Source: an uncultured delta proteobacterium (lineage in GTDB: Bacteria; Desulfobacterota; Binatia; UBA9968). From it: 36,373 bases of DNA. Positions 1-8,699 of the stretch are shown piece after piece (the first letter of the stretch is position 1; every line of letters starts with the position of its first letter). The notes under the pieces were generated by a model. That model searched no databases. It was given only the letters and a program-made list of their open reading frames with translations, and was not told where the DNA came from. A program made the translations under genes and the position numbers. The DNA is taken from positions 1 through 36,373 of the forward strand of contig CAVTUQ010000042.1 of assembly GCA_963737905.1 (NCBI GenBank), in the 5' to 3' direction.

Positions 1-867
1 CGCGGCAATCGAATCCGGTAATGCTCGGGCCATACGTTATAAGACCACCGACTTCCACATATTCGGGCCTGTCATATATCACCGGAAGCCGGCTTTTCGC
101 TGCGGGCTCTGCAAGCAGTTTCGGTCCGAGTTGAACGCAGGTCCTCCCGTGACTAAGGCTGCGTCAGCACGCCCCTTGCTCGCGGCGCCGAAGGCAGTTT
201 CAAAATCTTTGGGACCTCGCACAACGAGGAATTGGAGTTGTATACCCAACGCCTTTGCCGCCAGTTCCAGCTCTGTTACAACTTGCGCGTAACCCTGTTC
301 GGTCGGAGTGCTGAAAACAGCCACGCGGGAGAGGCTAGCAACAATTTCCTTCAAGAGCTCAAGTTGTTTTCCACTTATCTCCGGGGAGAGGGTCGATAAT
401 CCGGTAATGTTCCCGCCAGGTCGTGCAAGGCTGGCGACGAACCCGGTGGCGACAGGATCTCTATCCTGCGCCATGACTATAGGGATCGTTCTGGTTGCCT
501 GCTTGGCCGGACCCGTCGCTCCCGCGCCACCGGTGACGATAACATCGACTTTGACACGCACCAGCTCGGCCGCCAACAAAGGGAGTTTATCGCGGTTTCC
601 CTTTGCCTGTCGCCATTCAATGACAATGTTCTTTCCCTCGATGTAGCCCAGCTCGCGCAGTCCTTGCCGGAATGCCTCGGCGCGGGGCGCGATATCGGAA
701 AGGGAGGCCGCAGTCAGATACCCTATCCGCGGGATCTTCGCCGGCTGCTGGGCTTCGGCTGAGATGCTAAGCGCTAAGAGCAAAACGCACAGTAGAATTG
801 CGGATTTGAGATTGCGGAATGCGGATTTAAACTTGATTTTCAAAGCATCGATCAAATCTCGATCCAT
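1..867 (-). pseudogene. ABC transporter substrate-binding protein (ABC_sub_bind-like), frameshifted near the 3' end; runs off the window
   Basis: AQQPAKIPRIGYL, DPVATGFVASLARPGGNITG motifs. ATG at 867 follows GAGGGG. The ORF stops at 79, but the family-like sequence continues in another frame (LLAEPAAKSRLPVIYDRPEYVEVGGLITYGP), implying a 1-bp loss near 119-121 (real lesion or sequencing error). Confidence 0.85.
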
Positions 868-910
868 TATTGTTCCCCTCAATCCGAAATTCGAAATTCG
901 CAATCCGAAA

Positions 911-955
911 TCATCTGATTAGCCTGTCCGCTCTGGCCAATACGTTGGGTGGTAT
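911..955 (-). pseudogene. Remnant C-terminus of a second ABC_sub_bind paralog
   Basis: Minus strand translates IPPNVLARADRLIR*, the characteristic end of this family, with no upstream gene body. Confidence 0.75.
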
Positions 956-1099
956 CGCCTTACGATTTTTTAATTTTTGATTTTCGATACTTCGACATAG
1001 CTCACTACAGGTTTTAGATTTCAGGATCACCGGATCACTCTATCCGCGCGCGCCAGTATCGTGCGGCGGAATTGTCACATGGCTCGGTTCGCTGTGCGC

Positions 1100-2497
1100 T
1101 CAGTCGGTTCCGTCGGCTTTTGCGCGTTCGATCACCTTCTGGCCCACTGCCTGACCGATCGCATTTCCCGCTTCGATATCGCTGCGGAAGTGGATGCCGG
1201 CCCAGAGCCTGGACTCCCCGAACTCCTGCGCCCAACCCCGGTAGCGTGCAGCCTCCCGTGGGAAGAGATAGCCGAGGACGAGCGTGGGAGCCATGCCGAG
1301 AGCCGCCGCGTTCGAGACATAGGTTGGGAAGTTAGGGTTCGGAACCACCGTGGTGATGGTCGAATCAAACTGCTTGGGTCGCGCCGTCCAGTAGTGAAAC
1401 TTCGCGTCCTGGGAGGCAATCCACGCATCGTAATTGGCGACATGCACCAGCGCATACGCGCGCGCCGACCGTGGCGCGTTGCGGTCGAGACGGAGCTCGG
1501 CGAGCCGCCGGCCGACCTCGTCACTCAGGCGGTGGAGCAGGCCGGGGCCTCCGTACTGTCCGAACTGCCAGTAGAAAACCTTGCTGTTTGTGAGCGGCGT
1601 GCGCTTGAAATTTTTTACCTCCGCAATCTCGGCGGTGCGCTCCGGCGAATCGGGCGCGGGAGGCGGGCCCGGCCGAAATTGGCTCGCCGAGGAAAGCACG
1701 AAGAGCTTCCACCGCACGTCGTCGACCCCACCAGGATTGCCACCCACCCAGAGCCCGGGGCCGACCGGCACCGTTCCCTCCCATTTCTTCCCATCCAGCT
1801 TGAGGTACTCGATCACACGGGTGGCAACGGCCCGGCCCAAATCGAGCCCGGCCCGCGCGTCGCTGGGATAGACGACGCCAGCTATTACGCGGCTTTGCGC
1901 TGCTTCCTCAGCGGCCTCAGCGAAGCGCTTGGCCTCCGTGGGAAAGAGGTGGGCAAGGACGGCGGCCCCGGCTCCGGCCGCCACGGAATACTCGCACGGA
2001 TACGAGGGGCTGCGGGGCGCGGGGAGAGCGCTTGCAAGCTTGGGATCCGCCTCGCCGGGGCGACGCCGGTTATAGGCGTACTTCGACTCCCAAGCAGCGA
2101 TCAATGCATCATGGATCGCCACGTTCAGCATAGCGAAGGCCCTTATGCCGAGGCCGCCGCCGGCACCGAAGTTCTGCGGTACCGCTGTGTCGGTAAGCAT
2201 CTCGTTCCAGCGATAAGCGGGCGACGAGAAATCCCAGAAGTAGATTCGCTCGAGCGCGGCTGCGTCCCGCTGCCCGGCCAGGGCGCGGAGTTCTTGCATC
2301 TCGTTAGCCGTCGCCTGGGCATCCGGCGGCGGGCGAAGCCGAAGCTCGCTACCGGACTTCAGCACCCAGGTCTTCCACGTACCCGCGCGCGGCTCGATGG
2401 GGCCAGAAACCATCTGCGCCGAAGCGGTCATCGTAATGCCAGCCAGCAAGAAGCTACACGTTAAGAACAGAAAGAGTTTTCTTGCATTCCTTTGCAT
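1100..2497 (-). CDS. Secreted tandem PAP2 / vanadium-haloperoxidase-like protein
   Basis: Signal peptide (TASA-Q). Two sets of PAP2 motifs: KYAYNRRRP/PSYPCEY/SRVIAGVVYPSD and KFHYWTARP/PTYVSNA/SRLWAGIHFRSD. RBS AAGGAG. Confidence 0.85.
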   Translation of the reverse strand: MQRNARKLFLFLTCSFLLAGITMTASAQMVSGPIEPRAGTWKTWVLKSGSELRLRPPPDAQATANEMQELRALAGQRDAAALERIYFWDFSSPAYRWNEMLTDTAVPQNFGAGGGLGIRAFAMLNVAIHDALIAAWESKYAYNRRRPGEADPKLASALPAPRSPSYPCEYSVAAGAGAAVLAHLFPTEAKRFAEAAEEAAQSRVIAGVVYPSDARAGLDLGRAVATRVIEYLKLDGKKWEGTVPVGPGLWVGGNPGGVDDVRWKLFVLSSASQFRPGPPPAPDSPERTAEIAEVKNFKRTPLTNSKVFYWQFGQYGGPGLLHRLSDEVGRRLAELRLDRNAPRSARAYALVHVANYDAWIASQDAKFHYWTARPKQFDSTITTVVPNPNFPTYVSNAAALGMAPTLVLGYLFPREAARYRGWAQEFGESRLWAGIHFRSDIEAGNAIGQAVGQKVIERAKADGTD

Positions 2498-2592
2498 GTT
2501 CTTTCTCCTTGTGATTCGGCCTTATGACCTACGATTGGGTTTTGACTTGGTTTGCCGTCGCTGACGGGTTATCGGTTTTCGTCAACCAGAGG

Positions 2593-2608
2593 AGCATGAA
2601 CGATGCCA
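2593..2608 (-). promoter_or_regulatory. Putative sigma54 -24/-12 promoter of the PAP2/haloperoxidase-like gene
   Basis: Minus strand TGGCATCGTTCATGCT (GG-N10-GC), about 95 bp upstream of the start. Confidence 0.6.
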
Positions 2609-2702
2609 TGACCAACATTCTGATGGGCAAATTGAAAGCCTTGAAATTACGCGGGAACTTTTTCCATCGGAAACTGAACGACGGTGGAGAAGCCGGAGAG
2701 GG

Positions 2703-2742
2703 TGCATCAAATCAGCTACAGGGGAGTAGCAAATTTGATGCA
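2703..2742. promoter_or_regulatory. Pair of pseudo-palindromic 18-bp sites (candidate enhancer-binding-protein UAS)
   Basis: TGCATCAAATCAGCTACA (2703-2720) and AGTAGCAAATTTGATGCA (2725-2742), mutually inverted, 22 bp apart, about 95-135 bp upstream of the sigma54 motif. Confidence 0.5.
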
Positions 2743-2764
2743 CCCCTCTTTTCGACCCGTCCCT

Positions 2765-2803
2765 AAAACACAGAGGCCCGACCGGGAAGAAACCGGTCGG
2801 GCC
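2765..2803 (-). terminator. Intrinsic terminator-like hairpin
   Basis: Perfect 11-bp stem GGCCCGACCGG/CCGGTCGGGCC with a 7-nt loop, followed on the minus strand by TCTGTGTTTT. Confidence 0.6.
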
Positions 2804-2919
2804 AATGAGTCGATGATCGCTGCTGCTGCCAGGCGCTGCCGGCAACGTTCCGGATTTATGTTTATCGGGCAGCTCGCTTATCCCACAGTCGCCGATTCGC
2901 TGTCAACACATCTCGGTTC

Positions 2920-4276
2920 TGTCGTGGCTACGTCAATCTGTCAGGTTAACAGCAACGTGAAAATGTCAGGGTGACAATTCAAGGGTTTTAGTTGATAGAG
3001 TCGAAAGAGGTCCATAGCGGAACCCTTCCCTTTTGCCGATCGTTCGATATAAGCCAATTGTGTGCGTTGTTTTGGCGTCGAAGCGGGCGATTTTTTCGTT
3101 TTGGTAGAAAAACTCCACTGCGCCGTCCAACAGCACATGCACATCGATCCTCTTGTTGGCGTAGGAGCGATAGGGAGATTGTTTGGGGATTTGAAAGAGC
3201 GTGCCTTCGAAGGTGATGGTGTGATCCTTCGCCACGGTGCGCTTTTGTTTAAAGCACAGAGCTTTTTCGATCTGGGTGGCGTTGGCTTTTCTCCAGGCGG
3301 GCTCTGATTGGGCGGGTGGCTTAGAGAATTGGCGGTTATGCTCGGGGAGATGACGCTCAAGTACGACCTGCGCTTGGGCTTGGGTTTTAGCTCTCGCCCT
3401 TCTGAGTTCACTGACCAGCCGGTCCTGGAAAGTTCCCCACAGCCGCTCGATTCTGCCTTTGGCCTGAGGGGAGCCCTGCAGGGATCAGTGTCACTGCCAG
3501 CTCTTGCAAGCCTCTGCCTACCTCAGTGGTCGGACGTTGGCTCTTTAACTGCTCCTCAATCGTCGGTTCTCTGTCAGTCCAGAAGATCGAGTGACGGTCG
3601 GCATAGACCGACTGTGGCAGTCCGTGCTGGTTGAAGATCTCTGAGAATAGACGAAAGTAGCCCCACGAACTCTCCGCTTCGACAAACCTTGCTCCCACTA
3701 CCTTGCCCGTAGCGTCATCGATGGCCCCGATCAGACACAAAGACGGCCCTCTTCCTTCCAGCCAATCGTGGGGTGATCCATCCACCTGCAGCATCATCCC
3801 CTCCGCCGCCTTTCTCTCCCACCGGCTTCGATGTTTGTTCCCTCGCCTCTTTCGCGGGGATGCGATCCCCGCACAACGTAGAGATCTGACGCACCGTCTC
3901 ACGACTGATCTCTAGCTTCTCCTGCTCGACGAGTTTCTCCGTCAGATGATGATCGTTAAATCCTCGGTACTTCCCCTTCGCTAACTCCACTACCCGCCTG
4001 ACTTCCTTCTCCTTAGTCTTGCGCTTACACGGCCTGCCCCGATTCCCATGAACCACTCCCTTCGCTCCTCGCTTTGTTACCCGTGCTTTGATCCGGTAAC
4101 ACTGCCGCTCGCTGACTCCTATCACCACCCCTGCCTCCACCACTGTCAGCTCCCCTCGAAACACTCTTTGTATTATCTCTAGCCGCTTCTCCTCTTTCAT
4201 CGTCAGGGTTGTCATCTCCACACCCTGACATAATCACTTTGCCATTAACCCCTGACATAATCACTTTGCTACAACA
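2920..4276 (-). mobile_element. IS1202-family (ISNCY-like) insertion sequence, decayed
   Basis: TGT...ACA ends with imperfect IRs (TGTCGTGGCTACGTCAATCTGTCAGG vs TGTTGTAGCAAAGTGATTATGTCAGG). Duplicated 20-mer CCCTGACATAATCACTTTGC at 4223-4242 and 4250-4269. Degenerate 16-bp flanking repeat ending CTCGGTTC. Confidence 0.8.
2966..4221 (-). pseudogene. DDE (rve-type) transposase with two frameshifts
   Basis: N-terminal HTH (SERQCYR..HGNRGR), LQVDGSPHDW, AIDDAT, YADRHSIF, and SPQAKGRIERLWGTFQDRL in a third frame. +1 lesions near 3880 and 3474. Confidence 0.85.
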
Positions 4277-4374
4277 CCACCATCCTCGGTTCCTCTCCAG
4301 TTCCTTGGCGATGGTTAACGGGGTGAGTTGCAGCGCGTTTGTTAGGTGGCCCTTCTCTCCAGGCCTTCGCGCTT

Positions 4375-4725
4375 TTAGAGTGGCAAGAACATTACTTGAT
4401 TCCTCAAGTCTACGGGTTCACCAGCCTTGGCGATGAGTTCCAAATCCTCCACGCACCTCCCGATCGCCACTCGGAGTTGATGCGCGTACACCACGCCGTG
4501 AAACGGGATGCCCTCTCTTTGTCGTCTTGTTGCCTCAGCCAGTAGGTCGTCATCTCGCGTGAACAACACCCGCACCAGTTCAACGGCGCGATCCAGTACT
4601 CCGGCATCATCGAGCTCACTGGTACCGTCCTCATAGGCGGTGATCACATCTACTTCGCGTAGACGAAGCCCAAGCGTAATCACCCGTGGAACATGGTGAT
4701 CCATGTAAAAGGTAATGGGCATCAA
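4375..4725 (-). CDS. DUF5615 PIN-like toxin (VapC45-like)
   Basis: FYMDHHV...DDAGVL...RVLFTRDDD PIN-like acidic motifs; overlaps the DUF433 stop. Confidence 0.85.
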   Translation of the reverse strand: MMPITFYMDHHVPRVITLGLRLREVDVITAYEDGTSELDDAGVLDRAVELVRVLFTRDDDLLAEATRRQREGIPFHGVVYAHQLRVAIGRCVEDLELIAKAGEPVDLRNQVMFLPL

Positions 4726-5033
4726 ATCCGCCGGCGGGACTTCAACCGCTCCGCCAACGAGCTGGACGGTAATGTTTGCTGTAATTGGTCAACAACCTCA
4801 AGCCGTCGCTCAATATCTTGGTCAAGCTCTGCTTTATGATCCCAGTAATAGGCCAGCGCAGAGTGGATTTGTCCCAGCGTCAGATGGGGGTGCTGAAAAT
4901 GCAACTCTTCGGGGCTCCATCCGTACGCGAGATGGTCCAACACCAGTTCAACGACTTTCATCGTCGTGCCTGCAATCATCGGCACGTGCCCCTCATTCAG
5001 TATGATGTGTTCGTAGCGTGTTTCACTCAGCAA
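4722..5033 (-). CDS. DUF433 antitoxin
   Basis: PMIAGTTMKV...GWSPEEL...PHLTLGQIHSALAYY; RBS GGGAGG; upstream TTGCGC-N17-TAAACT promoter-like motif. Confidence 0.9.
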   Translation of the reverse strand: MLSETRYEHIILNEGHVPMIAGTTMKVVELVLDHLAYGWSPEELHFQHPHLTLGQIHSALAYYWDHKAELDQDIERRLEVVDQLQQTLPSSSLAERLKSRRRI

Positions 5034-5124
5034 TGGAAAAACCTCCCTTTCTTCATCAGCAGTTTACGCCCTGAACTGTCTCCGCGCAAAGGGTGTTACA
5101 AGGCGTGAAAACGGAGATCTGTTC

Positions 5125-5265
5125 GCGCCAAGTCGCCAAGCACATAAACGCGAAATCCGAAATTCGAAACAAATCCAAATGATCAAAAACCCGCAAAATT
5201 TCAAACAGACTCGTTTCGGATGTCGGATTTTGATTTCTCTACGATCTTTGCGTTCTTGCGGTTAG
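5125..5265. repeat. Nested degenerate 9-bp and 7-bp micro-arrays in inverted arrangement
   Basis: CGCCAAGTCGCCAAG ... CGAAATCCGAAATTCGAAAC ... TTTCGGATGTCGGATTTTGATTT ... CTTTGCGTTCTTGCG. Confidence 0.6.
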
Positions 5266-5369
5266 TTCTTTGCGGTTAACATCCGCATTTCAGATGATTT
5301 GACCCGTTCCCTTGACACGCTAACTGCGCTGCACTATGGCTGTTAAAAAAACGAATCGAGGCATGGTTC

Positions 5370-6563
5370 ATGAGCATTCGAGGAAAAACCGCAATCGTTG
5401 GTATCGGCGAGACTCCCACCGATCGTTTGGGCAGCAAACCCGGCGAGCCGCGGAAATCCACCGCCGAGTATCTGGCGTGGGCCGCGCGCCTCGCCATGGA
5501 GGATGCCGGCTTAACAAAAAAAGATTTCGACGACCAGGGGCTCGCCGCCATCTATACAACCAATCATTCGCAGCCGTTCTGGCCAGAGGAAGTCGCGGCG
5601 ATCTTGGGAATTACGCCCGGCGTGTCTCTTGCCGGCGGCAACGGCGGCGCGAGCTCGGTTTCACTGCTGGGTCACGCCGCGGCGGCGATTACCGCCGGCC
5701 TCTGTGATCTTGTGTTGGTGATCGCCGCGGCCGCGCCGTTTAGCGAACGCGGCGGTCACCGCGGCGCGTCCGCCGACACCCGCGACTACGAGATGCCCTT
5801 TGGCGTCATGGGACCGAACTGCAAGATATCCTTCGTGATGAGCCGATACATGCATGAGTCGGGGATGACCGAAGAGCACTTCGGCAAGATCGCCGTGACC
5901 GGACGCTATCACGCTTCGCTCAATCCCAACGCCTATCTAAGAAAGCCGATCACCATCGAAGATTACAAAAAGTCCCGTCTGATCTCAGATCCGATCCGGC
6001 TTTTCGATTGCGTCATGCCGGCCAACGGGGGCAAGGCCTATATCATGGCTTCGGCGGAGCGCGCCAAGAGCATGCGCAAGCCGCCCGTGTATCTATTGGG
6101 CTGGGGCGAGTGTAACAACGCGAGCTTCGGGCCGCGCTATCGCGCCAATCCCTTGATTACCGGCATCACGCAAGCCGGGAAACGGTCTTTCGATATGGCC
6201 GGCGTCACGCACAAGGACATTCGCTGTCTCAATCTCTATGACGATTACATTCCCATCGTGATGATCCAGATCGAAGACTTGGGATTCTGCGGTAGAAACG
6301 ACAAAGCATTTTTTGAAAAGACCGACTTTACATTCAAAGGCGATCTGCCGATTCAGACCAGCGGCGGCATGATCAACTGCGGGCAACCGTCGACGACCGG
6401 CGGCATGCTGCACGTGATCGAGACCGTGCGCCAGATCCGCGGCGAAGGCGGCGAGCGGCAGGTGCCCAATATCAAGTTCGGTATTTCCACCGGCGTCGGA
6501 GCCGTGAACTATGGCAAGAATTTCGGCTGCACCGCTGCGGCCATCCTGGGAAGCGAGACCTAA
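5370..6563 (+). CDS. Thiolase-superfamily protein (SCP-x/Ltp2-like, no nucleophilic Cys)
   Basis: TAIVGIGET, NPNA, DPIRLFDC, LYDDY, QIEDLGFC, LPIQTSGG, QIRGEGGERQV. Confidence 0.9.
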   Translation: MSIRGKTAIVGIGETPTDRLGSKPGEPRKSTAEYLAWAARLAMEDAGLTKKDFDDQGLAAIYTTNHSQPFWPEEVAAILGITPGVSLAGGNGGASSVSLLGHAAAAITAGLCDLVLVIAAAAPFSERGGHRGASADTRDYEMPFGVMGPNCKISFVMSRYMHESGMTEEHFGKIAVTGRYHASLNPNAYLRKPITIEDYKKSRLISDPIRLFDCVMPANGGKAYIMASAERAKSMRKPPVYLLGWGECNNASFGPRYRANPLITGITQAGKRSFDMAGVTHKDIRCLNLYDDYIPIVMIQIEDLGFCGRNDKAFFEKTDFTFKGDLPIQTSGGMINCGQPSTTGGMLHVIETVRQIRGEGGERQVPNIKFGISTGVGAVNYGKNFGCTAAAILGSET

Positions 6564-6623
6564 TACTGCAACTCAAGAATAGGACCACCACGAAGCGCAC
6601 GAAGTTCACGAAGAAATAAAATT

Positions 6624-8003
6624 GGGTCTTCGCGTAATCGAGTGGGTAAATTTTAGCATTGAATTGGTCTGAAAGCCGCTTAAGGAGCGAGCCGGGAACA
6701 ATTTCGGATGAGGAAAAATCTGGCATGATGTTGCGATGGCGACATCAAAGAAACGAGTGCGACGGTTATGGGACACGTATGAATTCAGTGGATTTAGGGT
6801 GCAGCCCACGGTGCGAGGAGTTTTCGGCGATCCGAAGGCTCGGGTTGTTAGCCTAGTACGGCGGTCAAAAAAACGGCATGCTGGAGCTGCACGAGAGTAC
6901 AACGGGGTTGGTACGACCGCAGAACGCGTTGGGTACGAGACCTGCAGTGTGGAGATACACGGGTGTACCTGGAGTTCGAAGTTCGCAGGATACTTTGTCG
7001 AAACTGCAGGAAAGTGAAGAGGGAGCAGCTGGAGTTTTTGGCGGACAACCAGTTTTACACCAAGCGATTTGCCTACTATGTCGGGCGTCGTTGCGGCACG
7101 GCGACATCAAAGACGTGGCCAAGGAACTTAAGCTTGACTGGCACACGGTCAAAGAGCTGGACAAGCAGTACATGAAGGCGCAGCTCTCTCATGCTGGTAA
7201 GCCAAGCGGAAGGTTATCGGCATTGACGAGGTATGGATTCGCAAAGGTCACACTTACAGGATTGTGGTGAGCGACTTGGAGAGGGGCAGACAGATCTGGT
7301 TTGGTGGCAAGGACAGTTCGGAGGAAAGACTGAGGGAATTGTTTGGTGATCTGAGAAAACGAAAAAGTGCACGGATTCGCTTGGCGGTGATGGACATGTG
7401 GAAGCCATTTCGCAATGCCACTGAAGCCTGTGCGCCGCAAGCGGCAATTCTGTACGACAAGTTCCATGTGATGAGCCATCTGGGCGAGGCGTTGGATCAA
7501 GTTAGGAAAAGCGAGTCTGGGCGGCTGGTGGGCAAAGATAGACGCTTCATGAGGGGGCAGAGGTACACGCTCTTGTCGCGCTGGGACAACCTTACGCTTA
7601 AAGGCCGCCAAGCGCTTAAGACCTTGTTTAATGCCAACAAGCGACTCAATACCGCCTACCTGCTTAAGGAATCCTTTGGTCAGTTGTGGAGCTACGAGCG
7701 CGAAGGTTGGGCCCGGCGCTTCTTTGAGAACTGGAAGGCGGCGCTCAAATGGCAGCGGCTTAGACCTTACGAGAAATTTGTTCAGATGATCGAGAAGCAT
7801 TGGGATGGCATTGCCGCTTACAGCAGACAGGAAAACAAAGTCTCTTTGGGATTCGTCGAAGGAGTGAATAACAAGATTCGTGTCATCCAGAGACGTGCCT
7901 ACGGACTGAGAGACGAAGAATATCTGCGGCTCAAGATTCTTACTGCTATGTTGCCGGAGCTGTGAAAACATTAAATTTTACCCACTCGAGTTCACGAAGA
8001 GCC
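6624..8003 (+). mobile_element. ISL3-family insertion sequence (1380 bp)
   Basis: IRs GGGTCTTCGCGTAATCGAGTGGGTAAATTT and (reverse complement) GGCTCTTCGTGAACTCGAGTGGGTAAAATT. Perfect 8-bp AT-rich TSD ATAAAATT at 6616-6623 and 8004-8011. Confidence 0.95.
6736..7965 (+). pseudogene. ISL3 transposase split over four frame segments
   Basis: zf-ISL3 (CWSC...VRDL...RRILCRNC), IGIDE, MDMW, YDKFHV, VEGVNNKIR..RRAYG. Frame changes at A7 6867-6873, about 7104 and about 7208. Confidence 0.9.
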
Positions 8004-8150
8004 ATAAAATTTAACCGCAACGGACGCAAATAGTTTTCAATGATAAATCTCCGAACCTTCGTGGCCTTCGTGAACTTCGTGTTGAGAATCTCCTTCGTCA
8101 CTGTGCTAGTGAGAGTCTCGACGATAGTACTGCGCGAAAGGTTTTCAAAT

Positions 8151-8582
8151 ATGGCAAAGCAAGAAATTCAAAAACCGCTCCCGGAAATCACTCCCGTCAA
8201 CCAACCGTTTTGGGACGGCGCCAAAGCCGGCAAGCTCCTGATGCAGAAGTGCAAGAATTGCGGGACATGGGTCTTTTGTCCCCGGCCGGTTTGCGGCGAT
8301 TGCGCCAGCGAAAAACTCGAGTGGGTACAGGTCAGTGGCAAGGGCAAAGTTTTTTCCTTCACCGTGATTCGCGAAGTCGTCGGCCAAGCGCTGCGCGGCT
8401 TCGCGCCGGATATTCCGTACGTCACGGCCTGGGTCGACCTCGACGATGGGCCGAGATTTTGCAGCAACATCATCGGCTGTCCGATCGAAAAGGTCTACAT
8501 CGACATGCCCGTGGAAGTGGTCTTTGAAGACGGCGGTGAAGGGGTTACGCTGCCGAAGTTCAAACCTTCCTCAAGCCGCTGA
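8151..8582 (+). CDS. Zn-ribbon/OB-fold (DUF35, ChsH2-like) protein, probable thiolase partner
   Basis: PFWDG..GKLLMQKCKNCG..PRPVCGDC..SGKGKVFSFTV..PYVTAWVDLDDGPR. Confidence 0.9.
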   Translation: MAKQEIQKPLPEITPVNQPFWDGAKAGKLLMQKCKNCGTWVFCPRPVCGDCASEKLEWVQVSGKGKVFSFTVIREVVGQALRGFAPDIPYVTAWVDLDDGPRFCSNIIGCPIEKVYIDMPVEVVFEDGGEGVTLPKFKPSSSR

Positions 8583-8699
8583 AAAAGGCCCACCTGCTTC
8601 GTTGCGTTCGACCGATTGCGCGTCAACGTACAAAAGAGTACGCCTCCGCTCATCGATCTTCTCGCGCCTCGCATCTGAGACCTTTTTGAGCGGCTTGAG
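8570..8699. mobile_element. 130-bp MITE-like element with 19-bp terminal IRs
   Basis: CTCAAGCCGCTGAAAAAGG / CCTTTTTGAGCGGCTTGAG (1 mismatch). A related right half occurs at about 12060-12100. Confidence 0.75.

Larger units (their letters stand above)
6584..8083. repeat. Inverted 9-bp micro-array pair (CACGAAG core), now split by ISL3
   Basis: ACCACGAAG-CGCACGAAG-TTCACGAAG (about 6587-6613) and CTTCGTGGC-CTTCGTGAA-CTTCGTGTT (about 8057-8083). Confidence 0.7.

Noticed and set aside
1061-2464. 467-aa plus-strand ORF
   Set aside because: Antisense shadow of the PAP2/haloperoxidase-like gene; Arg/Gly-rich with no motifs.
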